From assembly GCA_963692865.2 (NCBI GenBank), contig OY843592.1, forward strand, positions 2,752,001 to 2,816,000: a stretch of DNA of 64,000 nucleotides, read 5' to 3'. Shown in pieces: positions 1 to 8,690 of the stretch. Position 1 is the first letter of the stretch, and every line of letters starts with the position of its first letter. The translations under genes and the position numbers were made by a program. Source of the stretch: a bacterium. Its GTDB lineage: Bacteria > UBA8248. Below the pieces are notes generated by a model. That model saw nothing but the letters and a program-made list of their open reading frames with translations, made no database searches and was not told where the DNA came from.

Positions 1-492
1 TGGTGAATACAGGTATCGCCAGTCTCCTTTCTCCTCCCCCAACGGTCCGGCGGCGTCGCCGAACAGACGGTTCTTGGCGCACCCGATGGAAGGCAGACCC
101 AGGCGCAATCCCAAATGCGAGGCGATGCCGAATCCCCTGGGGTGGGCCGCGCCCTGCCCGTCGAAGATGACGAGGTCCGGTTTCTCCCTCAAGCCCAGAA
201 AGGCTCTTTCGAGCAAAAACCCTTCCCGGAAAGATAGGAGCCCCGGCACGTAGGGGAAACGCAATTCCCCGCCGTGGAAGGATTCGTCGATGGGACGCAT
301 CTGCGGCCAGGAGAAAACGACCACCCCCCCGACGCCGAACCGCCCGCGCCACTCGCATGAGATGTCCGCGCCCGCGATCGTTTTCGGCGAGGCGGCCAGC
401 GGTTGCAGGGCCAGGCGCTCCACGAGCGCCTTCTGGAGGCGAATCGCTTCAGGAGATGTAATCTCCCAGGAATGGTGGAGCAAATCGGTCAT
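1..492 (-). CDS. nfi: Endonuclease V (deoxyinosine 3'-endonuclease), 5' part; gene runs off the window edge
   Basis: Not in the ORF track. Manual minus-strand translation from ATG at 492: MTDLLHHSWEITSPEAIRLQKALVERL...IAGADIS...FPYVPGLLSFREG...DGQGAAHPRGFGIASHLGL...PSIGCAK. These are the EndoV signatures (PYxPGLLSFRE wedge, DGxGxxHPR). Confidence 0.93.
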   Translation of the reverse strand, partial: MTDLLHHSWEITSPEAIRLQKALVERLALQPLAASPKTIAGADISCEWRGRFGVGGVVVFSWPQMRPIDESFHGGELRFPYVPGLLSFREGFLLERAFLGLREKPDLVIFDGQGAAHPRGFGIASHLGLRLGLPSIGCAKNRLFGDAAGPLGEEKGDWRYLYSP

Positions 493-584
493 TGATCCGT
501 CATCAATTCATGAAGCTGCCTGGTCTCGCAGCGAGGATAAGGTTCGTAGCGTGAAACCGGATGTCCCGAATCGCGGGCGCGAGG

Positions 585-2930
585 CTAATCCGCGCGCATT
601 TGCGGAACCTTGCCCTTGAGCGGGGCCACCTCGGGCGCGATGCGGTTGACGGAGAGGATGAATTTTTCGTCGCGAACCCTCTTGACGACGTCGTTGAGCT
701 GGGCGAGGTCGCGCACCTGCACGTCCAGGCGAATCGCCGCCTTGTCCTGAGAGGCCTCGGCCGCCACGCGGGAGATGTTCGCCTCGCAACTGGCGATGGC
801 GGCGCTCAGGCTCGCCAGCACGCCCGGCCTGTCGCGCGCTTCGACCACGAGCGTCACCATGTGCATCTGATCCTTATCCACCTCGCCCCAGGATACTTCC
901 ACCAGGCGCTCCTGATCGTCCATCAGGGCCTTGATGTTGGGGCAACCCTCGTTGTGCACCGTCACGCCGCGTCCGCGCGTGATGAAGCCGACGATCCCGT
1001 CGCCCGGAATCGGCTGGCAGCACTTCCCGTAACGAATCAGAACGTCGTCCTGGCCCTTGACGAGGACGCCCGCCTTGTTCTTGTGGCGGCTCACGCGGTT
1101 CACGAGACGCCTGAGGCGGGAGTTCTCCCGCTTCTCGCGCTCGTGTACGAGTCGTTCGGGCAACAGCTTGTTCGCCACCTGCCGGGCGGATACGCGGCCG
1201 AAGCCAATCGACGTCAGCAGGTCTTCATCGCTCTGAACCCCGAAGGAGCGCGCCACCTCCTGCAATTCCCCGGGCTTCATGTATGCGGCGACTTGCTTCT
1301 TCTCCACGCACCGCTCCAGTTCATGTTCGAGCAACTCATGGCCGAGCGTGAGGGAGCGCTCCCGCTGCTCCTGTTTTATCCAGTTCCTGATTTTCTGTTT
1401 CGCCCGGGCGGTGACGACGAACTTCATCCAGTCGGCGCTGGGCTTTCTGTGCGGGTTCGTGATGATCTCGACGATGTCGCCGTTATCGAGCAGCGTGCTC
1501 AGCGGCGCGATTTTCCCGTTGACCTTCGCGCCCACGCAGCGGCTGCCCACTTCCGTGTGGATGGAGAAAGCGAAATCGACCGGCGTCGCCCCGCGCGGAA
1601 GGCTCTTCACCTCGCCCCTGGGCGTAAAGACGAAGACCTCGTCCTGAAACAGGTTGACCTTGACGGAATCGACGAGGTTCCTCGGGTCGGACTCTTCGTT
1701 CAGGCTCTCCACGATTCTCCTGATCCACTCGAACTTGTCGGCCATGCCGTCGTCGGCCTCGTCGCCCTCCTTGTACTTCCAGTGCGCGGCGATGCCCTCT
1801 TCCGCCACGCGGTGCATCTCCCCGGTGCGGATCTGGAATTCCACCCGCTGGCCTTCCGGCCCGACGACGGTGGTGTGGAGGGATTGGTACAGATTCGCCT
1901 TGGGCAAGGCGATGTAATCCTTGAAGCGTCCGGGGATGGGCGTCCACTTCGAGTGCAGAACCCCCAGCACCGCATAACAATCCTTCACGGTCTCCACGAT
2001 GATTCTCACGCCGCAAATGTCGTACACCTGGTGGAAATCGAGGTTCTGCGTCTGCATCTTCTCATAGATGCTGGAATGGAGCTTGAACCTGGCGGACGCG
2101 GCGCCGTCGATGCCCTCGAGTTCGAGAATTTCCTTCAATCGCTCCATCACGAGATCCATATACGCTTCGCGGTCTTTGAGGCCGTCGCGGAGCATGTCGT
2201 CGATTTCCAGGAATTCCCTGGGATGGAGGTGCTTGAACGCCACGTCCTCGAGCGCGCCCTTGAGCCACCCGATGCCGATGCGATTGGCGAGCGGAGCGTA
2301 TATTTCCGCCGTCTCCCGCGCGATGCGCTCTCTGCTTTTCTGGGGAAGGTGGTGGAGCGTCAACGCGTTGTGGAGCCTGTCGGCGAGTTTGATGATGATG
2401 ACGCGAATGTCCTTCGCCATGGCGATCAGCATCTTGCGGTAGCTTTCCGCCTGGCGAACCTGCGTGTTCGAAACGTCGATCTTGGCGAGTTTCGTGACGC
2501 CGTCCACGAGCTCGGCGACGTCTTCTCCGAAATGCCCGTCAATTTCCTTGAGCGTCGTGGCGGTGTCCTCCACGGTGTCGTGGAGAAGCCCCGCGCATAC
2601 GGTCTCGGGGTCCTGGCGCAACTCCGCCAGGAGGCGGGCCACCTCCAGCGGATGGGAAATGTAGGGCTCGCCGGATATGCGCGATTGCCCCTTATGGACT
2701 TTCGCGGTGAAGATGTAGGCCTTGGTGAGCAGATCCGAGCAGTCGGGCGAGTATTCCTCGACCAGATCGACGATGTCCATGATCCGGGCGGGTGGGCGCG
2801 GCGCCAAAACTGGAGGCAACGAGTTTCCTCCTCTTTCGACCTGCTCGGCTCCGATGCGAAAAAGCGCAAGCCCGGGCTCTTTCGATGAACATGGAGCCTC
2901 TCTCGAGGAAAACGCTACCTGAGCCTCCAT
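585..2930 (-). CDS. rel: Bifunctional (p)ppGpp synthetase/hydrolase, long RSH; true start probably near 2780 (MDIVDL)
   Basis: HD hydrolase (PYISHP, LLHDTVED, KLADRLHN), synthetase (YQSLHT, EFQIRT, GIAAHWKYK), TGS (FTPRG...DFAFSIHT), CCxPxPGD and C-terminal ACT domain. Confidence 0.96.
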   Translation of the reverse strand: MEAQVAFSSREAPCSSKEPGLALFRIGAEQVERGGNSLPPVLAPRPPARIMDIVDLVEEYSPDCSDLLTKAYIFTAKVHKGQSRISGEPYISHPLEVARLLAELRQDPETVCAGLLHDTVEDTATTLKEIDGHFGEDVAELVDGVTKLAKIDVSNTQVRQAESYRKMLIAMAKDIRVIIIKLADRLHNALTLHHLPQKSRERIARETAEIYAPLANRIGIGWLKGALEDVAFKHLHPREFLEIDDMLRDGLKDREAYMDLVMERLKEILELEGIDGAASARFKLHSSIYEKMQTQNLDFHQVYDICGVRIIVETVKDCYAVLGVLHSKWTPIPGRFKDYIALPKANLYQSLHTTVVGPEGQRVEFQIRTGEMHRVAEEGIAAHWKYKEGDEADDGMADKFEWIRRIVESLNEESDPRNLVDSVKVNLFQDEVFVFTPRGEVKSLPRGATPVDFAFSIHTEVGSRCVGAKVNGKIAPLSTLLDNGDIVEIITNPHRKPSADWMKFVVTARAKQKIRNWIKQEQRERSLTLGHELLEHELERCVEKKQVAAYMKPGELQEVARSFGVQSDEDLLTSIGFGRVSARQVANKLLPERLVHEREKRENSRLRRLVNRVSRHKNKAGVLVKGQDDVLIRYGKCCQPIPGDGIVGFITRGRGVTVHNEGCPNIKALMDDQERLVEVSWGEVDKDQMHMVTLVVEARDRPGVLASLSAAIASCEANISRVAAEASQDKAAIRLDVQVRDLAQLNDVVKRVRDEKFILSVNRIAPEVAPLKGKVPQMRAD

Positions 2931-2951
2931 ACAGCGTCAAGGAGTCCGCAC

Positions 2952-2980
2952 AAAAAAACTCCCCCGAATCGGGGGAGTCT
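2952..2980 (-). terminator. Intrinsic terminator after the ferredoxin gene
   Basis: Minus strand reads GACTCCCCCGATTCGGGGGAG followed by a T7 tract. Confidence 0.75.
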
Positions 2981-3000
2981 CATGTGATATATGTCTCGTC

Positions 3001-3480
3001 TTAGTATGCGCGCAGCGGGGAGGTCACGAACTCGTGCATGAACGGCGTCATGTATTCGGATTCGTCCTCGTGCTTGGGCACGATGATCGCCCCCTTGTTG
3101 CAAATCTCCTCGCACAGACGGCAGCCGACGCATGTGGACTGATCCACCACGGCCACCGCGCTGTGGTCGCGCTCCACCGAGGAGGGCGCCATGCGGATAC
3201 AATCGAACGGGCAAACGTCCACGCACCAGATGCAGCCCGTGCAGTTCTCCTCCAGCACGAACGCCTTGGGCATCTCCTTGTGCTTGATGTTCTTGATGAT
3301 GTCGCCCGTATCGTCCTGAATGGCGAAAGCCGGGCAGTATTTGCCGCACACGCCGCAGTCGATGCAGAGCGTGGGGTCGATCATGTAGATATCGCGCGGC
3401 TCGCCCGTGATGGCCTTCGTGGGACAGACGGGCTCGCAGACGGAACAACCGATGCAAGCGTCGAAGATGAAATGGGGCAT
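3001..3480 (-). CDS. Polyferredoxin-like protein with four 4Fe-4S motifs
   Basis: Four CxxCxxCxxxC(P) motifs (CIGCSVCEPVCP, CIDCGVCGKYCP, CTGCIWCVDVCP, CVGCRLCEEICN). Start MPHF at 3480 follows a GAGG RBS. Confidence 0.9.
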   Translation of the reverse strand: MPHFIFDACIGCSVCEPVCPTKAITGEPRDIYMIDPTLCIDCGVCGKYCPAFAIQDDTGDIIKNIKHKEMPKAFVLEENCTGCIWCVDVCPFDCIRMAPSSVERDHSAVAVVDQSTCVGCRLCEEICNKGAIIVPKHEDESEYMTPFMHEFVTSPLRAY

Positions 3481-3606
3481 ATCCTCGCCTCTTGGACAAT
3501 CCGCTTCATAAAGGGCGACGCGCCGGAGCGATACGGCAGTCCGACGACATACTCTCGATACCAAAGATATATCCATTCCGCGCGCCGGTTGTCAAGGCTT
3601 CCCGCA

Positions 3607-3757
3607 AGGGCTTGTTGAAAAAGTCTTCCGGGGGAATGATGCCCCAAGGGCGCCGTTCAATGCGGGAAGGTGGTTTTGCTCCTCGCTTTTGATCGTCATT
3701 CCGGCTTTCGCCGGAATGACGGCAAACCCTCCCTCTTCGGGGTTTTTCGGCAATCTC
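3607..3757. repeat. Composite intergenic repeat: TIR-like ends with a CGTC-type REP hairpin
   Basis: GGGCTTGTTGAAAAAG at about 3608, perfect hairpin CGTCATTCCGGC-TTTC-GCCGGAATGACG at 3694-3721, degenerate right end TTTTTCGGCAATCTC. Confidence 0.75.
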
Positions 3758-3874
3758 GCAAGTTGCGGCCTCATCACAGGGAGCGAAACTCGTGATTCCC
3801 TTGCCCTCGGCCCGGATTTGCGCCACAATAAGTGCGCCGTTTTTTACCGCCAATTCGACCGAAAAGGATTCGAG

Positions 3875-4042
3875 ATGGAAAATTTCCTGCTCATTCTGAC
3901 GAAGCCCGACAACATCCCCATCGCGTTCATGATTCCCCTGGTGGCGTTCTTCGTCTGGCTGGCCATCTCCCAAGGCCTCAGACACGACAGGCTCATCAAA
4001 AAGGGGAAAAAAGACGACGTCTACGACGAGATGATCCGATAG
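3875..4042 (+). CDS. 55-aa single-pass membrane protein with a KPDNIPI motif; possibly a detached N-terminal helix of the cytochrome b subunit IV-like protein
   Basis: AAAGGA RBS before ATG 3875. MENFLLILTKPDNIPIAFMIPLVAFFVWLAISQGLRHDRLIKKGKKDDVYDEMIR has one hydrophobic helix and host-like codon usage. Confidence 0.75.
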   Translation: MENFLLILTKPDNIPIAFMIPLVAFFVWLAISQGLRHDRLIKKGKKDDVYDEMIR

Positions 4043-4166
4043 GCTCCCCGGCTGCCCACTCGATCCCGCGCCGCTGCGTCAATCTCCCCCGTGAGCGGCA
4101 TTTTGAATCCCGCATGAGCGGCTCCGTCCCGACGGCTCCCCGATCACCCGCGCCTGGAATACCGAC

Positions 4167-4679
4167 ATGCTAGAACTCATCTTCGTCGCGCTCTTCCTGG
4201 GATTCATCACCATACTGTTCGTCAAGAAAACCTCCTCGAACATCGCGCTCGAAGCGGATGCGGAGCAAGCCGGAAACGATTCGGAAATCGACTCCCTCCG
4301 AAAACTCTCGCCGAAGGCGTTCGAGCGCATGCTCATCGACCTGCTCGAGAGCATGAACATGCGCATCGTGGAGGTCCACTGGGTCAACGAGGAGGAAATC
4401 GACATCCTCGCGCACAACCCCGCGCCCATTCTCGGGGGCGACTACATCATCCACGGCATTCTCGTGCCCGAGGGCGACTTCGTGAGCTCGATACGGGTCA
4501 TCGGCCTCTCCGACACCGTGCGCGCCGAAAGGGCCTTGAAGGGAATCTTGATATCGACGGGATACTTCACCGAAGAGGTGCAGAAATACTCAGAAGGCGC
4601 TCCGATGGAGCTCATCAACGTCGCCAAGCTCCGCGAGATACTCCACGCCCACGACATGGCCTGGCCCGATACGGAGTGA
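4167..4679 (+). CDS. Membrane-anchored Mrr_cat (restriction endonuclease-fold) protein, probably catalytically degenerate
   Basis: N-terminal TM helix, then LSPKAFERMLIDLL...IDILA...KGILISTGYFT...MELIN typical of Mrr_cat. The usual (Q/E)xK motif position reads HGI. Confidence 0.7.
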   Translation: MLELIFVALFLGFITILFVKKTSSNIALEADAEQAGNDSEIDSLRKLSPKAFERMLIDLLESMNMRIVEVHWVNEEEIDILAHNPAPILGGDYIIHGILVPEGDFVSSIRVIGLSDTVRAERALKGILISTGYFTEEVQKYSEGAPMELINVAKLREILHAHDMAWPDTE

Positions 4680-4705
4680 GGCGCCGGATTGGAGGATACC
4701 ACCCC

Positions 4706-5674
4706 ATGGAACCGATAAAGAGAGAAAGAATCCCCGTTTTCCTCGCAATCGCCGTGGCCATCATCCTGACCGCCTCGCCGGCGTTGGCCGGCATCACCAC
4801 CCGCGCCGTGACCTTCGAGAACGAGGGCGCGGCGCTGTCCGGCACCCTCTATCTGCCTGCCGATGCGCCCGCCGCGCGCTTGCCCGTTGTCGTCGTCACG
4901 GGCGCCTGGACCAGCGTCGAGGAACAGATGCCCAGCGTCTATGCCCGCGCAATGGTCGAGCGCGGTTTCGCAGCCTTCACATTCGACTTCCGCGGCTGGG
5001 GCAAGTCGGGCGATCTGCCCGGCCGGGTCCGCTTCAAGGAAGACCCCAAGGCGAAGATTTCAGACATCCGCGCAGCCATCGAGTTCGTCTCCACGCTGGC
5101 CGAGGTCGACGCCAGGCGAATCAACGGACTGGGGATTTGCGCCTCCTCCGGTTACATGGTCGATGCGGTCTCGGGGAATCCGCTGGTCAGCCGCGTCGGC
5201 CTGGTCGCTCCCTGGCTGCAAAATGATGAAATCGTCAAGATAGTCTACGGCGGCGAAAAGGGCGTCAATGCTTTGGTCTCGGTCAGCCGCGCTGCCGCAG
5301 CCAAGGGCGGCGAGATCATTCCGGCGGCCGGTCCCAAGGGAGCCAAAGGCGTGCTCATGCCGATCGGCGGCTACTACCACGACCCGAACCGCGGCGCGAT
5401 CCCCCAGTATGACAACAAGTGGAACCAGGCGGGCTGGGAAGGCTGGCTGACGTATCACCCGGCGGAAAATCCCAGGCGTCTCAACAAGCCGCTGGCCATC
5501 GTCCATTCCGAGGCCGCCGCAATCCCGAACGGCGTCAAAACCTTCGTCAAAGGTCTTGCCGGCCGGGCGACGTTGAGATGGCTCGAGAACGTCACCCAGT
5601 TCGACTTCTACGACAATCCCGAGGATGTCCGGCGCGCCGCCGACGTCATTGCGGAGCACTTTCGCAAGAACTGA
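4706..5674 (+). CDS. Secreted alpha/beta hydrolase (YcjY/peptidase S15-like)
   Basis: Signal peptide (LAIAVAIILTASPALA), GTLYLP, FDFRGWGKS and nucleophile elbow GICASSG with Cys. Confidence 0.85.
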   Translation: MEPIKRERIPVFLAIAVAIILTASPALAGITTRAVTFENEGAALSGTLYLPADAPAARLPVVVVTGAWTSVEEQMPSVYARAMVERGFAAFTFDFRGWGKSGDLPGRVRFKEDPKAKISDIRAAIEFVSTLAEVDARRINGLGICASSGYMVDAVSGNPLVSRVGLVAPWLQNDEIVKIVYGGEKGVNALVSVSRAAAAKGGEIIPAAGPKGAKGVLMPIGGYYHDPNRGAIPQYDNKWNQAGWEGWLTYHPAENPRRLNKPLAIVHSEAAAIPNGVKTFVKGLAGRATLRWLENVTQFDFYDNPEDVRRAADVIAEHFRKN

Positions 5675-5705
5675 CCTCTCCAGTATACGCCGATGGCATT
5701 GAGCC

Positions 5706-5793
5706 GCCCATCTCTCAAGCCTCAGATAACGCGGCAGGGCAGGCCAATCAAAAAGGGAAAGAAAGACGACGGCTACGACGATATGATTCGATA
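5706..5793 (+). pseudogene. Degenerate duplicate of the 3' half of the 55-aa gene (3961-4042)
   Basis: CCATCTCTCAAG-CCTCAGA...ATCAAAAAGGGAAAGAAAGACGACGGCTACGACGATATGATTCGATAA aligns with CCATCTCCCAAGGCCTCAGA...ATCAAAAAGGGGAAAAAAGACGACGTCTACGACGAGATGATCCGATAG, with indels. Confidence 0.8.
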
Positions 5794-5853
5794 AGCGCTT
5801 TGCTCATCCACTCGGACTCAGCCCAGGAAATCAAATCAACTCGGTTGGAGCCT

Positions 5854-6276
5854 TCACGCCCCCAGCCACGAGTCGATGACGTCAACCCCTAAGTCTGTGA
5901 AATCCCGCACGTTGCGCGTCGCCAGCGCCATATCACGCGACCGCGCGATGGCCGCAATCCGGCTATCGGCTATCGGGACAGACCGCCCGGAGGCGCGGCG
6001 CGCGGATGCGATCTCTGCATAGGCGCGCGCCGCCTCGCTGTCGAAAGGCAAGACGCGGCCTTCGAAATCCTCGTGAAGCATGGCTTCGATCTCGGAAGAA
6101 AGTCGGTCACGTCGCCTCCCCGCCGGCATAACGGCAACGCCGTAGCGGAGTTCCGCTTCACCGATCGCAGAGAAGAACAACTCCTCCACGGGATATCCGG
6201 CTACCCACGCTTCGACGGCTGAATCGGGTGAAGAGCGCATCAGTTCAAAGATGACATTGGTGTCCAACATTACCAT
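5854..6276 (-). CDS. vapC: PIN-domain toxin (VapC/FitB family)
   Basis: MVMLDTNV...AELRYG...LPFD...ADSRIAAIA...LATRNVRDF, with the conserved PIN acidic residues. Confidence 0.93.
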   Translation of the reverse strand: MVMLDTNVIFELMRSSPDSAVEAWVAGYPVEELFFSAIGEAELRYGVAVMPAGRRRDRLSSEIEAMLHEDFEGRVLPFDSEAARAYAEIASARRASGRSVPIADSRIAAIARSRDMALATRNVRDFTDLGVDVIDSWLGA

Positions 6277-6286
6277 GCTTGCCGCC

Positions 6287-6529
6287 TCAATCGAACCGGG
6301 GCGGCTCGCGCGCAGGCTCACGCGGCGGCAACTCCAGATCCACGCCGCCCAAAGGCCCGAATCGGGCGCGGATGAGGCTTGCGAGGTTTTGTGAACCCGG
6401 TTTGCGCCCGACCGCCTCGCGCAGGATCACTCGCACTTCTTCTTCCATGGAACGGCCGTTCTCCTCCGCTCGCTCGCGGAGACGGGTTTTCACGTCGTCG
6501 TCGAGGTTGCGAATCGTGATGCTCGCCAT
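6287..6529 (-). CDS. Ribbon-helix-helix antitoxin (FitA family)
   Basis: MASITIRNLDDDVKTRLRERAEENGRSMEEEVRVIL...GGVDLELPPR, directly upstream of the PIN toxin. Confidence 0.92.
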   Translation of the reverse strand: MASITIRNLDDDVKTRLRERAEENGRSMEEEVRVILREAVGRKPGSQNLASLIRARFGPLGGVDLELPPREPAREPPRFD

Positions 6530-6567
6530 GCTCCTACCCTCCTCTGCAATACACTTCATCTACACAA

Positions 6568-6584
6568 TGCTTGCAATGCAATCA
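6568..6584. promoter_or_regulatory. Candidate autoregulatory operator of the FitAB-like pair
   Basis: Inverted repeat TGCTTGCA-A-TGCAATCA (7/8 match) about 40 bp upstream of the antitoxin start. Confidence 0.55.
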
Positions 6585-6709
6585 ATCAGCGGCCTTCGCA
6601 AGACGCCCCGAAGGTTGCAATACGAGAAAAGGGAGCAAAATCGCAATCCGACCTGGAAGAGAGAGCCGTAGGGACAGGTCGCGTCACTGCAAATTGACGC
6701 CCGGCTCAC

Positions 6710-6788
6710 CGTCATTCCGGCGCATGCCGGAATCCAGAACCGACGAAAATGACGACATGGCGGGGCATCGGGCTTTTTCAGCAAGCCC
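6710..6788. repeat. CGTC-type REP hairpin plus TIR-like end
   Basis: CGTCATTCCGGCGCATGCCGGAATCCA at 6710-6736 and GGCTTTTTCAGCAAGCCC at 6771-6788. Confidence 0.7.
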
Positions 6789-6836
6789 ATGTACGGACAC
6801 GCAGATCCTCCCCTGCAAAAACGAGGCGCACAAAAC

Positions 6837-6867
6837 AAAAAAACCGCCTCCATGTGGAAGCGGTTTC
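6837..6867 (-). terminator. Intrinsic terminator of the Rieske-cytochrome b operon
   Basis: Minus strand reads AAACCGCTTCCACATGGAGGCGG followed by TTTTTTT. Confidence 0.75.
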
Positions 6868-6915
6868 AAAATTTCGGGTAGTTATCAGCTAGTCGATCTC
6901 GTGTCCTTCAATCCC

Positions 6916-7023
6916 CTAGACCAGCAAGTAAATCACGCCCGAGACGACGAGCAGAGCGACCGCGGCCACCTTCACGCCACAGGCGTCCCACCACAGATGT
7001 TTGCGCTGTCTGTCCTGAACCAT
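6916..7023 (-). CDS. 35-aa single-TM micro-protein, last gene of the Rieske/cytochrome b operon
   Basis: Below the ORF-track cut-off. GGAGAAG RBS then MVQDRQRKHLWWDACGVKVAAVALLVVSGVIYLLV*. Lies 20 bp after the subunit IV stop and before the terminator. Confidence 0.55.
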   Translation of the reverse strand: MVQDRQRKHLWWDACGVKVAAVALLVVSGVIYLLV

Positions 7024-7043
7024 CTTCTCCGCTCAAGCAAAAA

Positions 7044-7823
7044 CTAAATGTTGAACCAGGGCGTAACGAGAACGTATTTGACGTTGAGCCCGATGCGCAG
7101 GGCCATTTTCGCCACTATCCCCATCATCGTCATGTTGAGCGACGCCTTGATGAGATAGCGCACCAGGCCGACGTTCTTCATGCGCTCGCGCCGCCAGATG
7201 TAATATGCCGGTATGGTGGCGTACCAGAGCACGATCAACGCCGTACCCGCCGCCGCCTGGCCCCAGTAGCTCCTGAAGCCCAGCATGTAGGGCAGGTCCA
7301 CGTTCGTGAGCGCCACGACCTTGTGCGGGTCCCAGTACTCCCAGGGCATGAAGAAGTTCCATCCCGGCCCGCGCAGGAAGGTTCCCTGCACCACCATCCA
7401 AATCCACAGGACCAGAAAACCGAACAGGAAGGTGAAGATGGCGAACCTGCGTTCGTGAAAGGTGTAGTACCCGTTCCCCTTGGGGTTCACGTCGATGAAG
7501 GGAATGGCCATCAGGCCCACGATGATGAGGGTGGGCAGCACGACGCCCGCCATCCACGGGTCGAAATAGACGAGCAACTCCTGGAGGCCCAGGAAATACC
7601 ACGGCGCCTTCGAGGGGTTCGGCGTGACGGAAGGGTTCGCGGGCTCCTCGAGCGGCGCGTCGATAACAATGGACCACACCACCAGGAATATGGTGATGAT
7701 TATCGCGCACATGAATTCGAGGCGCGTCAAGTAGGGCCAGACGTGAACCTTGTCGTTCACGCGCTCCCAACTCGTCTTGGCCATCTCATCGGCAGAGCCG
7801 ACTACCCTGTCTTCCTTCGCCAA
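7044..7823 (-). CDS. petD: Cytochrome b6f/bc complex subunit IV-like (cytochrome b C-terminal) protein
   Basis: KVHVWP...APLEEPANPSVTPNPSKAPWYFLGLQELL (APWY variant of the PEWY loop) and multiple TM helices. Directly follows cytochrome b6. Confidence 0.88.
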   Translation of the reverse strand: MAKEDRVVGSADEMAKTSWERVNDKVHVWPYLTRLEFMCAIIITIFLVVWSIVIDAPLEEPANPSVTPNPSKAPWYFLGLQELLVYFDPWMAGVVLPTLIIVGLMAIPFIDVNPKGNGYYTFHERRFAIFTFLFGFLVLWIWMVVQGTFLRGPGWNFFMPWEYWDPHKVVALTNVDLPYMLGFRSYWGQAAAGTALIVLWYATIPAYYIWRRERMKNVGLVRYLIKASLNMTMMGIVAKMALRIGLNVKYVLVTPWFNI

Positions 7824-7855
7824 TGTTCTCGCCCTTCCCTTTTATGCCCCGAAAC

Positions 7856-8644
7856 CTACAGGGGCCCGGATATGCCCCCGTCTTTCCGGATTCTCCAGAA
7901 GTGCACCATCATCAGAATCGCCGCTATGAGCGGAACGACGATGCAATGCAGCACGTAGAAGCGCAAAAGCGTGGGCGGACCGACGATGGTTCCGCCCAGG
8001 AGCGCGGAGCGCGCGTCGAAACGCGGCGTTACGCCCACCATTTCGGCGAACGGGCCCTCGGACCCCAGCAGGGGCGTGGCCCGCGCCATATTGGTTCCCA
8101 CCGTCACCGCCCAGATGGCGAGCTGGTCCCAGGGGAGCAGATAGCCGGTGAAGCTCAGCAGCAGCGTGAGCGTGAGCAAGAGCACGCCGATGACCCAGTT
8201 GAACTCGCGCGGCGGCTTGTAGGAACCCGTCATGAAGACGCGCAGCATGTGCAGCCACACGGCGATGACCATGGCGTGCGCCGCCCAGCGGTGCATGTTG
8301 CGCATGAACATGCCGAAGGGGGCGTCGAATTCGAGGTACTTGATGTCGGCGTAGGCGTACTCGCCCACGGGCCTGTAGTAGAACATCAGGACCACGCCGG
8401 TGACGACGAGGTAGAGGAACAGCAGGAACGTCACCCCGCCCATGCACCACGTGAAGCGGATGCGGATGGCGTGGCGCCTGATTTTCGTGGGGTGCAGGTG
8501 CAGCCAGAGGTTGTCCACCACCATGAGAACGCGGTTTCTCGGCGTGTCCTCATACCCGTGGCGGAACATCGACCTCCACACCTGGGAGTCGAGCACACTG
8601 CGTTTCACCTGCTCCAGATTCAAGCGTTCCTTCAAACTCGGCAT
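7856..8644 (-). CDS. petB: Cytochrome b6-type (short, N-terminal) cytochrome b
   Basis: WCMGG (heme ci-binding Cys position), [35 protein letters not shown] and VHFWRIRK carry the heme b His ligands. Confidence 0.93.
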   Translation of the reverse strand: MPSLKERLNLEQVKRSVLDSQVWRSMFRHGYEDTPRNRVLMVVDNLWLHLHPTKIRRHAIRIRFTWCMGGVTFLLFLYLVVTGVVLMFYYRPVGEYAYADIKYLEFDAPFGMFMRNMHRWAAHAMVIAVWLHMLRVFMTGSYKPPREFNWVIGVLLLTLTLLLSFTGYLLPWDQLAIWAVTVGTNMARATPLLGSEGPFAEMVGVTPRFDARSALLGGTIVGPPTLLRFYVLHCIVVPLIAAILMMVHFWRIRKDGGISGPL

Positions 8645-8690
8645 CTATAAACCCCCACGAACTCGCATCGAACAAACATGAAAACCTACA

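Noticed and set aside
561-2888. 775-aa plus-strand ORF and similar long antisense ORFs (e.g. 10431..11495, 43290..44633, 52282..54042)
   Set aside because: Shadow frames opposite well-supported genes in GC-rich DNA, with no recognisable motifs.
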